64,000 nt of DNA, taken from Octopus vulgaris (lineage: Eukaryota). The notes under the pieces were generated by a model. That model made no database searches. It saw only the letters and a program-made list of their open reading frames with translations, and had not been told where the DNA came from. The position numbers were made by a program, and so were the translations under genes. The stretch lies in assembly GCA_951406725.2 (NCBI GenBank), contig OX597816.1:36952001-37016000 (forward strand), written 5' to 3'. This document shows, piece by piece, positions 26,935 to 41,492 of the stretch; within the stretch, counting starts at the first letter, position 1, and each line of letters begins with the position of its first letter.

Positions 26935-27355
26935 GCAATGACAGACTATATTCTGAAGTGACAGATACAACTGCGACCAGGATTGAGGGCAGAAATTAAC
27001 CCCGCATAGACTGACATTTGTAATCGGAGACAACTACATAGCAAATAAAAGAACAACTTCATCACAAAGAACAATAGAATACCCTTATTCTATCACCTCA
27101 TTAAAACACACAAGGATAGCAACACGACCCAGATTAGACCCATCGTCTCCAGCTTGGAAGGACGTCTATATAAAATATCCTGGTTCCTTTTCCACATCCT
27201 GAAACCCATACTCTCCACCTTTCCTGGACAATTGAAGAACACCGACGAAGTCATCAGAAGACTGTGCCAACTGCCCCCAGAACAACTCAGACAAAACAGA
27301 TATGCCTTTAGTCTTGACGTTGTCTCAATGTACACAATGGTACCAGCACACACAT
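26935..27355 (+). mobile_element. Penelope-like element RT fragment
   Basis: LIKTHKDSNTTQIRPIVSS...LKPIL...LKNT.E.I..L...FSLDVVSMYTMVP, which are PLE RT motifs. Confidence 0.85.
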
Positions 27356-27444
27356 GATAACACTTCCAATCAGTTAAGATCAGAAGCCATGAGAGCCACT
27401 GCCTGGTACTGCATCTATTATTATGATTATTATTATTATTATTA

Positions 27445-27483
<39 letters not shown>

Positions 27484-27508
27484 ATTATTATTATTATTAT
27501 TATTATCA

Positions 27509-27572
<64 letters not shown>

Positions 27573-27595
27573 TTATTATTATTATTATTATTTTA

Positions 27596-29690
27596 TTGTC
27601 TTTGAACAGCTTCTAATGCTGGAGACGTACTACGGTGTCACTACCAGTGAACTAAGGCAACACCCCTTATTTTTCGAGCGGTTTCCGGAGTATCCGCGGT
27701 TCCAAGCAGTGCTGTTGTCTGTAAGTGCTCCACTCTATTTGTTCCATGTACTTCTCAAGATTTTTATTCACTGTTCCCAGAGCTCTGACAATTATTGGTA
27801 CTACCACCTTTTTCAGCGACCACAACTGCTTAGCCTCCCAAGCTAACCTGTCATATCCCTCGACTGTTCTTTCTTCCTTATCGCATACGTTGTTGTCAGC
27901 TGGGTATGCTATATCTATGATCCAGCATGGTTTGCTTTCTTTCTCAATTAAGACTATGTTTGGCTTTCTATTCTCTATCTCATGATCGCACTGAATCATG
28001 AAATCCCATAGGATCTTTGCATTATAATGTTTGATGATGCTTCGGATTTATGTTCGCACCACTTTTTTGCTCTGTCAAGTCCATACATTTTTTAAAGTGT
28101 CCAATGTACAATCCTTGCTATATTGTCATGACGTCTCTGGGCTAATGGCGTACATTGAATGGTAATATGCCATACGGTTTCACCATTTTGTCCATAAATT
28201 CTGCACGTATCGCTTTGTGATGTGTTGTCTATTCTGTATTTGATGTAATTGGTTCTTAATGCTTACTCTTGGGTAGCATAGTTTAGAGCCTCCAATTCGG
28301 TTTTAAATCACATTTAGTCATCCATAACCATCTTTTCTCTGTCTCTCCTATCTTCAACATCCATATAAAATTGTCCATGCATTCTTTTCTTTATCCACCC
28401 ATTTCCAGTTTCATTCACTCTCAGTCCTTGTACAATTCTTTATCTTTGCAATCTTCCATCCTACACAAGCCTGACTTTCTTATTTCCTATAATAGCGGTT
28501 GTGTGGGGTTTTTTTTACATACCATGCTATGTTGTTTTTTCTGCTCTAATGCTGTGTTCTCATCCAATCAGTTCTCTTCCCTCACTTTTTTCTGTGACAT
28601 ACAGTCTATCTGTGTCACGTTTTGGGTGTAGTACCCAATATCTAGTGATAAACTTTCCTTTTCTTTCTGTCTAAGCTGGTTAGTTCGTCTATTGCCCATG
28701 CGATAACCCCTGCTCCAATTCTAAGGAGTGAGACCGCCCAAGTGTTGATAGCTTCAATCTTATTCCGTCCGTTAAATTTCGACTTAAGGATAAGTCTCAG
28801 TCTGCGCAAGAAGTCCACCTTCAAATTTCTTTCTCCATCAATTTATACATTTCCACTGTCCCCAAGTACTTATAGCCCGTCTCTTCTATCTGCTTCATTA
28901 CCCCACCCCAATGGTATCGCTAGCTCGTCCATACATTTAATTTTACCTCTCTTCAAGGCTAACACACCACACTTTTTCAGTCCGGACTCCATTCTGATAT
29001 GTGCACTTAAAGTATATACAGTATCAACGAGAAAACTGACTTGAGATTAATCTTTAACATAACGTTTGTTGCCATCCATGAATAACATGTGGTTGACTTT
29101 TGTTGGCGGCTCTTGAATACATACCCAGCCTTTGCTTTTCTCAAAATCAGCGTTTGTGGTATCATGTACAGTACAAAGATTAGTGCGGTCAGGCAGTCCC
29201 CTTGGAAGATGCCTCTCCTAATATCTATTGCCCCTAAACGTATTCCATATACTATCAGTTCCGTCCTCCACTTCGCCATAATTTTTCCAAGTAATCTCTC
29301 AACATTCGAAGCAATACCAAATAGGTTCATACATTCTATAGTCCAAGAGTGTAGCATCATATCGTACGCTTTACGATACTCGATCCATGACATAGCTAAG
29401 TTAGTTTGCCTGCTCTTACAGTCTCTAAGTACAGTTTTGTCTTGCAACGCTTGCAGCTCTTCTGCTCATTTGGCAGGACTCCATTTTTTTCCAGATGACC
29501 GACATATCGACTCTGCGACTATTCCAATGAATAATTTCCACATAAGCGGTAAGCAGGATGCCGGCTTGTAATTGTCTACCTTATTGCCTTTTTCGATGTT
29601 TTTCAGGCACAGCACTGTCCTGCCCATTGTCAACCACTCTGGTGTTACTTGATCGGCATTTAACAAGTCGATCGTTCTCTACGAAGCGTG
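27596..29690 (-). mobile_element. R4/Dong-like LINE, RT through REL endonuclease, decayed; (TAA)n tail at 27420-27595
   Basis: [23 protein letters not shown]; WIEYRKAYD; RRGIFQGDCL; LKSKFNGRNKIEAINTWAV; RKPNIVLIEK..CWIIDIAYPAD; VPIIVRALG. Confidence 0.92.
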
Positions 29691-29738
29691 TTTTGCATTT
29701 ACAGGGCACTAAGATGTAATTTGGAAATTGTGTATATA

Positions 29739-29776
<38 letters not shown>

Positions 29777-30377
29777 CATATATACATACATACATACATA
29801 CATACATACATACATACATACATACATACATTCATCCATAGATCCATACATACATACCTCCATCAATCCATTCATCCATCAATACATACATACATATATA
29901 TCTAAATGTTTGTCACTTCCCCTGTAAAGAATGAAGTAACATTTATTTCCGATAGTCGAATCATCATTTATATTTTTATTGCCTTATTGACGAAGAATTC
30001 TCTAAGGCGGAAGTGGCGACTAAAATGTTCAAATTCTTACCAAACTAAACATCTAAAAAATAAAACAAATTTATAAAAAAATTATACTACTTTTTAAAAT
30101 GTTTTCATTACCATAAGTAAATAACTGGAAAAAGAAAAGCCCTTAAGCAAACAACGCACATCACACACAAACTCTTTCGCACACACCCACTCAAATACCA
30201 CCACACATTTAATGACCTTCAAAAGCAATTTTGATAGAGTTTATTTTCTAAGGCTAAATAACATTACAACTGAGAAAAAACGTGAGTAAAAGAAAATTTA
30301 CCTCTTGCAATGTCATCAATTTCAAACCATCCCAGAAAAAGACCCCTTTCCCTCTATCTTTAAAAGATTATATATAT

Positions 30378-30439
<62 letters not shown>

Positions 30440-30442
<3 letters not shown>

Positions 30443-30551
30443 GGTCCCGGGTTGAGTCGGGGTTAACCACAGTAAATAAGGTATTCAATACATAGCAGAG
30501 TAAAGTAATTTATTTTATAGAAGAAGCTTCTACAGGACTAGAACTGTTTCA
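30440..30551 (-). mobile_element. Short probable PLE terminal-repeat fragment in (TA)n
   Basis: Bounded by (TA)n on both sides; the minus strand begins GAAACAGTTCTAGTC and contains AATAAA. Confidence 0.4.
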
Positions 30552-30695
30552 TATATATATGAGATGTATTGGTATCAAGAAAACCCAAGTTGGCATGTAA
30601 CGCTATGTAAGTGCTATGGAAGGATCGTAGTTAAACTCACGGTTTGATTATACGAGTGAAGAGTCTAATGCGGGTCTTGTATGTGCATGTTTATA

Positions 30696-30881
30696 TTAAA
30701 TAAAATGAGACAACAAAGCCAAGGCTGTATGGAATTTTCAGGACATTTCAAGAAAGGGAAAGTTACTCTTACAGCTGTTTCTGGGGTAAGATTAAGACTA
30801 ACGGCTATAAGACTAACTTCCTCTTTATAAATGTCCTGAAAATTCCACACACCCTTGGCTTTGTTGTCTCATTTTATTTAA
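30696..30881. repeat. Fold-back inverted repeat (53-bp arms, 80-nt spacer) with HHR 3' half
   Basis: 30696-30748 pairs with 30829-30881 with 2 mismatches; the spacer has GAAACAGCTGTA on the minus strand. Confidence 0.88.
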
Positions 30882-31079
30882 CATGCATACACACATATGC
30901 ACACACATATATATGTATACATATTTACATATATATATATATATTTATTTATTTATATATACATACATACATACATATCGATAGAAACACCTCGATATAG
31001 TTATATATGCATACGTATCAGTAGGTACTTCTGGGGTGCAGCTCGTATATACTTAGATTTCATATAGGCACATATACAT

Positions 31080-31750
31080 ACATTCAATTACAGGGCAAAA
31101 TATTTGTATTAATAGAAGAATTTACACAGGCATGTAGCACAATGCACTCAAACGTCAATGGTATTGCACATTTATACAATACAAAAATTTTCATTACCTG
31201 GACAACTGATTTTGATTTTCTTTTCCATGTCCCAGATCATTATGTTTAGTTTTATGCTTGTATTTTATTGACATCCTCACAGGGACAACCCACCTGGATT
31301 CTTTCAAACTACGTATGGTAAGGTCTTTTCCACATCACTGTGGCTTCTGAAATTTCCTTCAGATTTTGTTTTAGATGGATTTCATTATATGCTATTCTAG
31401 CAACGAAATCATGTCTCATGGGATGGTATGACGGTGAAGACGTTTTGGAGCAGCTACTTATGATATGGGACACATCTTCAATGTTGAAACGAGAAAGCTT
31501 ACACCGTTGCAGCACCGATATAGTTTATCTGTCACTCTGTCTCTGTTGTGCATCGGGTATTTTGTGAATATTTCCAGTTCCTGTATTGCCAATGCATGAC
31601 ATTCAAAATGTGTGCTAATGTCTCCGTTCTTAGAACAGAATAGAATTCTGGTTGTCAGCGTTGCTATCTCTTTGAAGCGCAAATGTTTTAACATGTGATA
31701 TTAATGACCGAGGTTACCGTGGTAATTTCCGTAGGCTTTTCTTTCCATGG
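31080..31750 (-). mobile_element. Decayed R4/Dong-like LINE C-terminus
   Basis: FECHALAIQELEI.TKY; EDVSHIISSCSK...MRHDFVAR (CCHC/RHD region). Confidence 0.7.
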
Positions 31751-33231
31751 ATAAACCTTATCTGCTTCCCCCTTTACACTTTACATCATGATACACGATC
31801 CCTATTGATCGAAAACCTACCCCACGTTTTTCTCTCCCCAAAAAGAAAAGTTCTATTTTGCAATTTGTCCCGTCTGTGTCCAGCCCTGTGTGGCTAATAA
31901 AGAAACAAAAGGTCATGTGCATATAACCAAGCATGACCTTTTGATCGATTATATACAACCTCTCTTCTGATGACCTATTGCAATAGAATAGTACAACCTA
32001 TTTGTGTGAATATTGCAGATCATCAGTCGGAAATATTTCTAAGAAGCTCCTTTACCACTCCCACGATATTGTTGGCTTTACGTATCAGTCTTGATCTGTG
32101 ACAGAATTTCAGCATGTAGCTGTTAGTAGATGTTGTGGAAAGATACATTATCAATTTAAAGTTTACTTTGATGTTAAGCCCTACCGCTGTTGAAATGGAA
32201 ATTCTTTGCACAAGTTTACAATTCTCAGTATTTCACGCCAACAGGCTGGATCTCATCTAACGTCCAATCAAGTAACTTTAGTATTGTTATATGAAATGAT
32301 ACGTTAAACACAATGTTGGCTATTGAATAATTACATGCGGAAGGCTCTGAATAAAACATAAGTTTCTGTGAGACAGGCATGGCAATCCTCTACGAGCAAT
32401 GGACTGCATGAGATATGAGTCGTTATAAACAGGCTGTACTACTAAAGAAATTGGAGGTGACTTGTCTTTGAAGATACCTCAGCTATTTTTACTATGAAAA
32501 TACTATAGCGCGTTTGTATATATGGGGAAGAGTCGTCTTTTAAAAAAGCATTGAAGGCTTGATATCGTATTACTACTAACGGTACTGTGATTAACATCAC
32601 TGCTATGATGATACATTGTAGAATTTTTTTCTTTCAATGAAAACTTGAAAAATCAGTGTATTACGTTAGAATATTTACATGTTAAGTGTATTGAAGTAAA
32701 AATTAAATATTTTCATATCCATCTATCGAAATTCTAAGATCATTTTTAAAAATCACTGGTGCATATTTAACAATCTGACAATCAAATAATATCATTGGTC
32801 ACAATTAAATTGAAAGCTAATGTTAGAAATAATAATATACATAAAAAGTTGCAAGATTTGTTTTTAATGTATTTGGCAGTTTATATATTCGGCAATTTTT
32901 TATACAATATACGTTTCCCAAAAGTGAAGTTTGTTTCAACACTTCACATGAGAGTAAATGTAATAAATCTACAAATGATGTTGCTTTTGTAATTTTAAAT
33001 TCGGGTCGCTTAAATTAAAATTGTTTAAATCCGTTAAATATCTAGTAGGAAGACAAGGTCCAAAAAGTAATTAGCACTCTTCAGCTCGGGACGAATTGAC
33101 CGTTCATCAACATTTTTACGCAGGATCTTTCTTCTTTCTTGGTAAAACTTGCTAATAATTTAAGATGCTGATCACGCTATCAACAGCGAATGGTTACAGA
33201 GTTTAAGAAACATCATAGTAAGTAGTTGTTG

Positions 33232-33262
<31 letters not shown>

Positions 33263-33305
33263 GTATGTATGTATGTATATGTATATATTTATATATATGT
33301 ATATG

Positions 33306-33390
<85 letters not shown>

Positions 33391-33424
33391 ATGTATATGT
33401 AGATGTTTATATATATACATATAT

Positions 33425-34172
33425 AGTTGAAATTTAAAGAAAAACAAAAGACGAAGACAGATGTATAAACAACAAACGGGTGTTTGACGTTCTGAAACGT
33501 GGGGAAGTCTCTTACGCTTCGAGCCGACGCACTTCAACAGAAAGGAGCGCACGGAAATAAACAGAGTGACTATAAAAACTTGTGGATTTAGCGGTCAATC
33601 ATGGTAACTGGTTCGAAAAAGGTAGTTACACAGCAGAGCTAGAAAGAAGGGCAGATAATAAAGTACTGGTGATACCAAATCGAAGGTGCGCTCGCATATG
33701 TGTATGTGAGAGTGTGTATGTGCGTAAGGATAGGAACTAATGACTTTGACGTGTGTATGTGTACATGTGTGTGCGTTAGTAATCTGCGGGTGTGCGGATG
33801 ATGGTGTGTGGGTATGCAGATGATGGTGTGTAGGTGTGCAGATGATGATGTGTGATGTGGGCCCTGAGAAGTGGTCAGCGATAGTGTGTATGGACCATAT
33901 AGTTGAAGAGTAGGACTAGTGAATCTTGAAAATATTTGGGCTTCAGTTTAGCCAACGAACAGGTTCGCATAGCTGGGGCTCATTCTCATTCCCATGGTCT
34001 TGTTGGTAAAACCCCCAACGACGAGAGTCAATTGAAGGAAAGAACAAGTTCGGCCAGACGAAGAAATATGGACGTGTCAGTTGGGGGTTGGGTCGAAGGT
34101 CTAGGAAGTGTTTCAAGGCAAGAAGCCCTTCGTTGTGTGGGATCACCGTATATAGACTCTTGATATCATATA
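33425..34172 (-). mobile_element. Internally deleted Penelope-like element in (TA)n (RT fragment and terminal repeat)
   Basis: DIKSLYTVIPHNEGLLAL and MGMRMSPSYANLFVG RT motifs; terminal repeat homologous to 44972-45180, with a degenerate HHR at 33508-33545. Confidence 0.85.
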
Positions 34173-34174
34173 TA

Positions 34175-34252
<78 letters not shown>

Positions 34253-34899
34253 CAGAGAGCGAGAAAGAGAGAGACATATACATACATACTTACACAACAC
34301 ATACACACACACATATATATATATTAATTGAACTGTTTAAGTCTATGGTACGGAAAGAAAAATTATAACTTGAGTAAAGTGGAGCAACTCAAGACAAAAA
34401 AGAAAATATGTGACCTGAGAAGATAGGTGGAACATAATGATGGAAGTCTGTGAAAACTTTGGCAACAAAGACGAGAAAAGTAGTCCGGCTGAACCATGTA
34501 CAATGATTAAAACATTGCCAATAAAAAATACAGATAAGAAACATCGTATTTCTTATTCATTTGTTATTTAGCAAGAAACTTGGCGTTGTCATACTTTTTC
34601 ACAACTTTTCCAATATTTTCAGATGTTTCCAATACTGCAATTCAAAAATTGTCTTCGAAATGATTTTCTATCTTGGCCTAGTTTTAGACTACGTACGTCC
34701 AAACATGACAGCATACCTAGTAGCGAAGCACGATATTTAGGAGTTTTCTTGAAAAAGAATACTTTAATATTGTAGTCAAAATACCTCTTTAAATTTTTGC
34801 TGACGAAATTCTGCTTGCAGTACCTTTCGAGCTAGTTTGATATTAAATTTATTTCCAAAATTGTTAAATCAGCTGCTCTAGATTTCGCGTGGATCACTT

Positions 34900-35640
34900 G
34901 AACTGGCCAGGCTGTCTGGGGCCGAGTCGGCTCCGCTAGCCACAGCATTCGGTCCATTCCCCTCGTTCTCCCGTCATTCTCTTCTGCGTCGTTCCAAGCA
35001 TTTTTCTTAAACCATCTTCCTACCTAATTAGAGGCTTTCCGAGTGGTCTGTTCCACCATGCAAATGTACGGTTCCACCGATTGTCTGTGAACCTTGCGAC
35101 ATAACCAGCCCATCGTAGCTTTGAGTGGTGGTATTCTGCAGAGCTGGCAGAAACGTTAGCACGCCGGGCGAAGTGCGTAGCCGTATTTCGTCTGCCGTTA
35201 CGTTCTGAGTTCAAATTCCGCCGAGGTCAACTTTGCCTTCCATCCTTCCGGGGTCGATTAAATAAGTACCAGTTATAATCGACTTAATCCGTTTGCCCGT
35301 CCTTGTTTGTCCTCTCTGTGTTTAGCCCCTTGTGGGTAGTAAAGAAAGAGGTATTCTGCGACGATGTCATTCACTCTCGTTCTGTTTCCTGATCTCCCCG
35401 TTCCGAGTGTGATTTCTTAACGAGATTCCCAATATCGATCTTTCCATAGATCTCTGAGCCGTAAGCACATGTTGTTGTTCTCTATTCATCAAGACCCAAG
35501 TCTCACATGCGTATAGTATTGCAAGCAAGACTGTGCTGTTGAAGAGTTTGGCGCGAGTTGCCTTGTCTAGCTCCACCTTAAGGACGTAGTTCACCGAGTT
35601 GAATGCTCTCCATCCTGCTCTTACCCTTGTCTAGATCTGA
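34900..35640 (-). mobile_element. RTE-clade LINE 3' region
   Basis: RAKLFNSTVLLAILYACETW...QRSMERSILGISLRNH.RN.EIR; KLRWAGYVARFTDNRW...RPLGKP. Confidence 0.9.
35140..35349 (+). mobile_element. SINE family C (single core) inserted in the RTE LINE
   Basis: Flanking repeat GGTATTCTGC at 35130-35139 and 35350-35359. Confidence 0.88.
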
Positions 35641-35869
35641 AGTCCATAAATCTGGTCTCCAATTCATTTTGAAATTCATTTACTACAGCATAACCACTGA
35701 ATACATTCTCCCTGCAATTGGCTAATATGAAGAAATGGGACATGTAACCCCTACCTGAGTTGATTCTCCCAAATTTGAGGTTTTTTCTGAAAATCTTTGA
35801 TCCGAAAATATATCCCATGAACCAACTGATTTTGATTTTGCAATTTTAAATTGAAATCAATTAAATTGC

Positions 35870-37583
35870 TACTGATATCTACGAGAAGTACAAGGTGATA
35901 AATACAGCTATCATTCTTCAGCTCAGAACAAATTTACCTTTCATTTCGGAGTAGGTGCATACAACGTTTCTGAAGTCATACTGCTGTTGAAGTAATTTCT
36001 CATTACTTGGCCAGTGAACAGCACAGTAATAAACCAGTTCATCACATTTTGATTCAAGTTCTTGGAAGAACCCTTCAAGCTGGTAATGGTTAAATGCTCG
36101 GGATTTTCCAAAGTTTCTGGTTGAAACAACTACGAGCATAACATTTCAAAAGTTTATAGAATTTTCAAATAGACTTTCTTTATGAATTAAGCAGTCATTT
36201 ATTGCAAAGACACTGTTTGCTAAATTCAAAAAGTTAGTTCCTTTTTTTGTCCAATAATTGCTGGACCCATATCTTTTGCTATACATTGTCAAGCATTTCA
36301 AACGGGAAATTCGGCTTCGTCATTGCCTTCTTCATGTTTTCGTAAATGTGTCTTCTAACCGTGTCTTTCATTATCAAAACAGTGAGTGGTATCAAAATAT
36401 TTATGCATACCATGTATGAAATGTTGAGATGAATTAGATACCTCTGCTCTTGTTGATAACCAGCAAAATAGAATTCCAGTTTCATACTTCTTACTGATAG
36501 TGTAGCCCTTAGTATCTGCTGCAATTTCTTCAACCGCTTTGTTATTTTCCTGAAAAAGATAATCTCCTCAAACATGTTTACGTTTTCCAGGCATAAACGT
36601 TCAGCCATTTCCATGAAATTTCTTTAACAAACTCACCGTCGGCAGAATTCTTTGAATACGTTTAGAACTTTTTCGCAAACAACATTGTTTGCATATACAA
36701 TTTCTTCGAGTTCACTCTACCTTTTTGAAAGTACATATTTAGGCTATCTAATTGTTTCTTAGACGTTTCAGATTTTCCGCTTTTTAATATCTTCCTTACA
36801 TTTATCGTGCCCTGAAGGTTTTGAACCGTAATGCTGCTTAACATTACATTCTTTAAAAGTGAATATTGATTTATAGCATATTAAACACGTTGTAGTCATT
36901 TGTCCATTTTTCCTGGAATTTTCTCATTTCCTTAGAAATCTTCCTTTCTTTTGGACGAAGCCATGAACTGTTATATCAAAAATTAAATTTTTTTTTAAAA
37001 TATTCATTAATTTACCGTGCAATTTCCATGTCAACCGTTCATATGAATTTGTTACGATAATTCAGTGAAAGTAACTGCATGTGTGTATTGCGCAGCTTTG
37101 TAGTTTTATACATCTAGAATAAAATTTTGTAATTCTGCTTGGCTTTGATATGCGAAACGCATATGTAGTTACAGCCGCTAAATTATCGCAACCAGCCGTT
37201 TTAAGTGGTGGAAAGAGAAATTGAACATTAAATCAATAGTTTTCATTTGTTGATGTAATGTTATCAGTAGAGATGGCAATTTAAGGCGCCCGAGTCATTG
37301 GATGGTGGATGGTTGTAAATTGACCCTGAGGCAAAATGAAAATTATCGGATAACTGACGATGGCGAAATGTTTTATTTTTTTGAATGGTGTACCCACTAC
37401 GCAAAAGACCATGATAAATATGGTCAGTCGATCATTTAATAATCTTACTTCTTTCACAGCCGCTTTCTAACAAACGAGAACAAAAAAATTAATAAACTTT
37501 AGTTTCCTCATGAAATTAGGTGTGCCATTCAGGAAACGAATTTGGTTTCATGTGGCCAGTGGGCTGCAGTTTGCCCATTACTG
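35870..37583 (-). mobile_element. Decayed hAT transposon (Charlie/SPIN, GTF2IRD2-like transposase)
   Basis: TCLICYKSIFTFKECNVKQHY, DGEFVKE, AERLCLENVNMFEEI, RAFNHYQL..FFQELESKCDELVYYCAVHW; Charlie-like end cagtaatgggcaaactgcagcccactggccaca at 37552-37583 (-). Confidence 0.85.
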
Positions 37584-37674
37584 TTGTAGAACATGTTTTC
37601 TGTGACTTCTACTGGGAGTTTACTATGTGAAATATACTATCGAATTAGAAGTGATTTCTGTGGAATATGTAATG

Positions 37675-38100
37675 TATCAAGTCATCCCATAAGTTGTGTC
37701 CGATTTTACCTTTTTAAAAATTGAATGAAATTTAATCGTATTTTAGAATCTCTAATGGAATTAAAAATTATTTATGCATTTGTGTACATTTAAACTAATT
37801 AAATATTCCGTTGTGTCTGGGGAGAGTCATTATCTTTTTGTGCCTTATTATTTAACACACTCACCGGTAAAATTAAATATTATTTTACAGAATAATAGAA
37901 ATAAAATTTCTTTGATTAAAACCCTATCTGACATGGAAGTATCCAAAGAGCATTTAAAGTCCATAATGCTTTATGAGTACAAAAAAGGAAACTCTGCAGC
38001 CGAAGCGACTCGAAATATACACTCAGTTTATGGGAAAGGATGCTTGAATGAAAGAACTTGCAGAAGATGGTTTGCAAAATTCAGAAGTGGAGAATTTCAG
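37675..38100 (+). mobile_element. Mariner 5' fragment (TIR and HTH)
   Basis: MEVSKEHLKSIMLYEYKKGNSAAEATRNIHSVYGKGCLNERTCRRWFAKFRSGEF; TA-flanked TIR-like tatcaagtcatcccataagtt. Confidence 0.9.
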
Positions 38101-38624
38101 CCTTGCAACAGTCATAACATCAATTATTACAAGCACAGTGTATTTCTTTCATTCCATAAAACTTATTTATTTCCATTTTAACATCCTTAAACTTGAAACT
38201 TATCCCTTTTCCTTTTCTTCTGTTATTGAGATTTGTATCAGAACACATAAATATTAGCAATTTTCTTGATTATTTCAACTAGGGTATTTGCATGAATCTG
38301 CATGTCTTTCTGGAGAGGCAAACCTCAGATGATGGAAGGTTACTCAGTGTCATATAATGTGTTTGGTACATGTTATTCTGTGATATGAATACTTTTATTT
38401 TAATAAATGTTGCTTACTGTAAGTAATGGATGTTTCTTTTATGACTTCATTGCTTTCAGACTTAGCTTAAGGTATTTTCGCACCCGACATCAGAAAATGC
38501 GTCTGAATAAACATCGTCGGACAGCAAATAGAGACTCGGAGATTGCTAAGAAAATAATTTTTTACTTTTAACCTTGTATATAGTACGCACTAGGGATTTT
38601 GACCGTTAAATTTTTTGGGGGGAA

Positions 38625-38654
38625 AATGCGGATTATACTCGAGAGTTTACGGTA
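38625..38654. mobile_element. pogo/Tigger-like terminal inverted repeat (single end)
   Basis: tgcggattatactcgagagtttacggTA resembles pogo-type ends; the partner end was not found. Confidence 0.4.
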
Positions 38655-39544
38655 TATTTTGTTGCCTGTCACCAATTTACGGGCTACTATTAATTTATTG
38701 TTAATGGTTTGGCTATACCATTCAGTGTACCATTGCTTAAGTTATTTAAATTTCTGTTCTATTGTCCCCGCTAAAGTTATTTCCTATAATTTCGTATCTA
38801 CTTTTAATTATATGTGTAGCTCTGTAATGAAACCTGTCAGAAGATAAAATGAATTTGCATCCGATTGTATCAAGAAACTGATCACAATAAACTTTATTTT
38901 AACCAAGAAACGTGTCAACATTTTTCATCGATAACTTTCGAAGTTAGCGGTACTTCTCTCACAATTAAAGAAGGTGTAGAAATTGCATATATATATCTGT
39001 TCTTTGTTGTATTTTTATACAATGGTTTGAGGAAGACGTACATGTTGGTTGGAGAGTGTTTTGATGTCTACAGTAAACCAATATAACATAAAATAACGAT
39101 GTTTCACTGCCACATTGAAATATCAGACTTCATGCATTAACTACTTCTGAAATCTTATTATCAAATGACACCTTTCCTGCTAACAGCTTGATAGAATCTT
39201 TTTTTCTTAAAGCAATAATAAAAAACATGTACCTACGAATTATTAGATTATTATAAATTTACATTCTTTCAGACAAATGAATCGGTTAAGTATATCGGAT
39301 AATTATTTAATTACCCTCGCATGTGTGCTTCCCAATGAGATGTTAATAATTCGATTGGTCATTCAATAAATCGTTGAGAAACTAAAAGTTAGCATTGTTA
39401 AAATTACGCTACGTCTCTTTCTTATTACCAAATTATTTCTAAACGAAATGTTTTACTTTTGTCTCTTCTCTGAAATGTATTCCTAACTACAAATTCAGAA
39501 CACACACAATTATGCCCCTTGTATAACTGCGTGAAGATGCGTGT

Positions 39545-39618
<74 letters not shown>

Positions 39619-41261
39619 GCCAATGTAAACTTCTGTTTGGTTTTGGTTTTCCTTAGTATCTTCATTATGAACCACTTATTAAATAAATAGACTAATCTTC
39701 CGATAAATAAAAATGATGGTATGGCTGACTATAACACTCCATGCTAAATTACATTCAAAATAATTCTATATCACAATCAAATACATTGTTAAAATACTTA
39801 TGTAACTGTCGCCTAAAAACGTTTCCTCAGATGTACTGTTATGGTATTTGTTAAATGTATTTTAGTGACCATCTTGCCGTTATGACGTCTCTTCTTTTGG
39901 GCTTCTTTTCGTTGTGATAACAATGTTCTATTTCCTTTTAATGGTTGTAATTATCTGGTTGTCTAACAGATCGTGCTTGAAGAAGAACTGTGCAGATTAA
40001 ATACTACGCCAATAGGTTATTGTTAATAGAACCTGTTATATTTGTCTTTATTTAGATGTACACTTACGTTAACGAATATTTGTGACTTCCAGTGAAATAT
40101 TTTTAAGTATTTTGGTTATAATAACTTTTCTCAGTCCTCCGACAAACCAGAAGACTAGCTTTAATGTATACTAATTATTAATATAAACAATAAAAATCGG
40201 TAAGGGTCGGTAAGGGTTAAAACAATCGTGTAATGTAATCGAGTCAAACAATTAAGTATAAGCTGTTGTTGCGGCTCTTTAACTCCAGAATAATCCTATA
40301 AATTTATTTATTAGCAAAGGTACTTTAGTAATGACCATGTCTGCCTTCTCACGAGTATTGTAATTGTATATCTAGGACAACATTACCGATGTAGTTTCCA
40401 CTTTTAAAAGCTGAGTGACATTTGATCAAATTACCATATAGGGGCACCTTAGGTTCACAAAACAGGTGGGAGTATTATCCACTTGTTGACTAGTCTCTCG
40501 AACCCGAGAAAGATGGTTCTGCAATTTCTTGCTGAAAACTAAGCACTTCATCGTGATGAAATGTTTGTACATTGCCTCCATCAAATCGATATTGCCCGAA
40601 CAGGTGCATGGCGTACCACACGTCACGTGCCGAAGTGACTGCACAGCAACGGGAGATGAAAAGTTTTGCTCAAGACCACAAAACACCTGGCAACATACCA
40701 ACCGCTGGGCCACGGTATCCTATTTTTCTGGGATACAGAAACATAAGCAAATAAATACGACATATAACAAGTGTATTTTGTATCATTGTAAAATTAAGGC
40801 TTGCTGTTAGACAACGGGGACTTTGAGACAAGTTGGAATAATAATTAAACGAATCAACAGAACAAGACTAATTGTTTTTACCACTCCTCAGCAATAACTT
40901 ATCTTTCAGTCATGTATTTGCGGGAAAGTATCCAACTGAGAAAATAATTGTGAATGACAGAACGTATTTATATAAAAGAAGGTGATCGATGACCAAACAA
41001 GAGTACTAGGAAAAATATTGCGTAGGTCATAGATAAAGATCAATAGAGAATGTAATTTCAACGCAATTCATAATATCAAAGGTTTCAGCTATTTATTTGC
41101 ATATATAAACACTTTCTTGTATTCTCGTAATTATATAAAAAATGCTTACTAATTGTTTGCATTTCCAAATATTTTGCCGGAAACGAAACAATGCTTAATT
41201 AGAATGTATATATATTCAAACCATATAATTTGCACATATATTTATAGAGATGGCTGTGCAT

Positions 41262-41419
41262 AGGCGCAGGAGTGGCTGTGTAGTAAGAAGCTTACTTACC
41301 AACCACATGGTTCTCGGTTCAGTCCCACTGCGTGGCACCTTAGTAAATGTCTTCTACTATAGCCTCGGACCGACCAAAGCTTTGTGAGTGGATTTAGTAG
41401 ACGGAAACTGAAGAAGAAA

Positions 41420-41421
<2 letters not shown>
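41262..41421 (+). mobile_element. SINE family B 5' half, ending in (TA)n
   Basis: aggcgcaggagtggctgtgtagtaagaagctt...ggttcagtcccactgcgtggcacctt. Confidence 0.9.

Positions 41422-41492
<71 letters not shown>

Noticed and set aside
37774-38181. 135-aa ORF resembling a SETMAR-like gene
   Set aside because: Only the mariner HTH is real; there is no SET or catalytic domain, so it is a truncated transposon.
40197-40220. aagggttaa end suggesting piggyBac
   Set aside because: No matching opposite end or transposase found.
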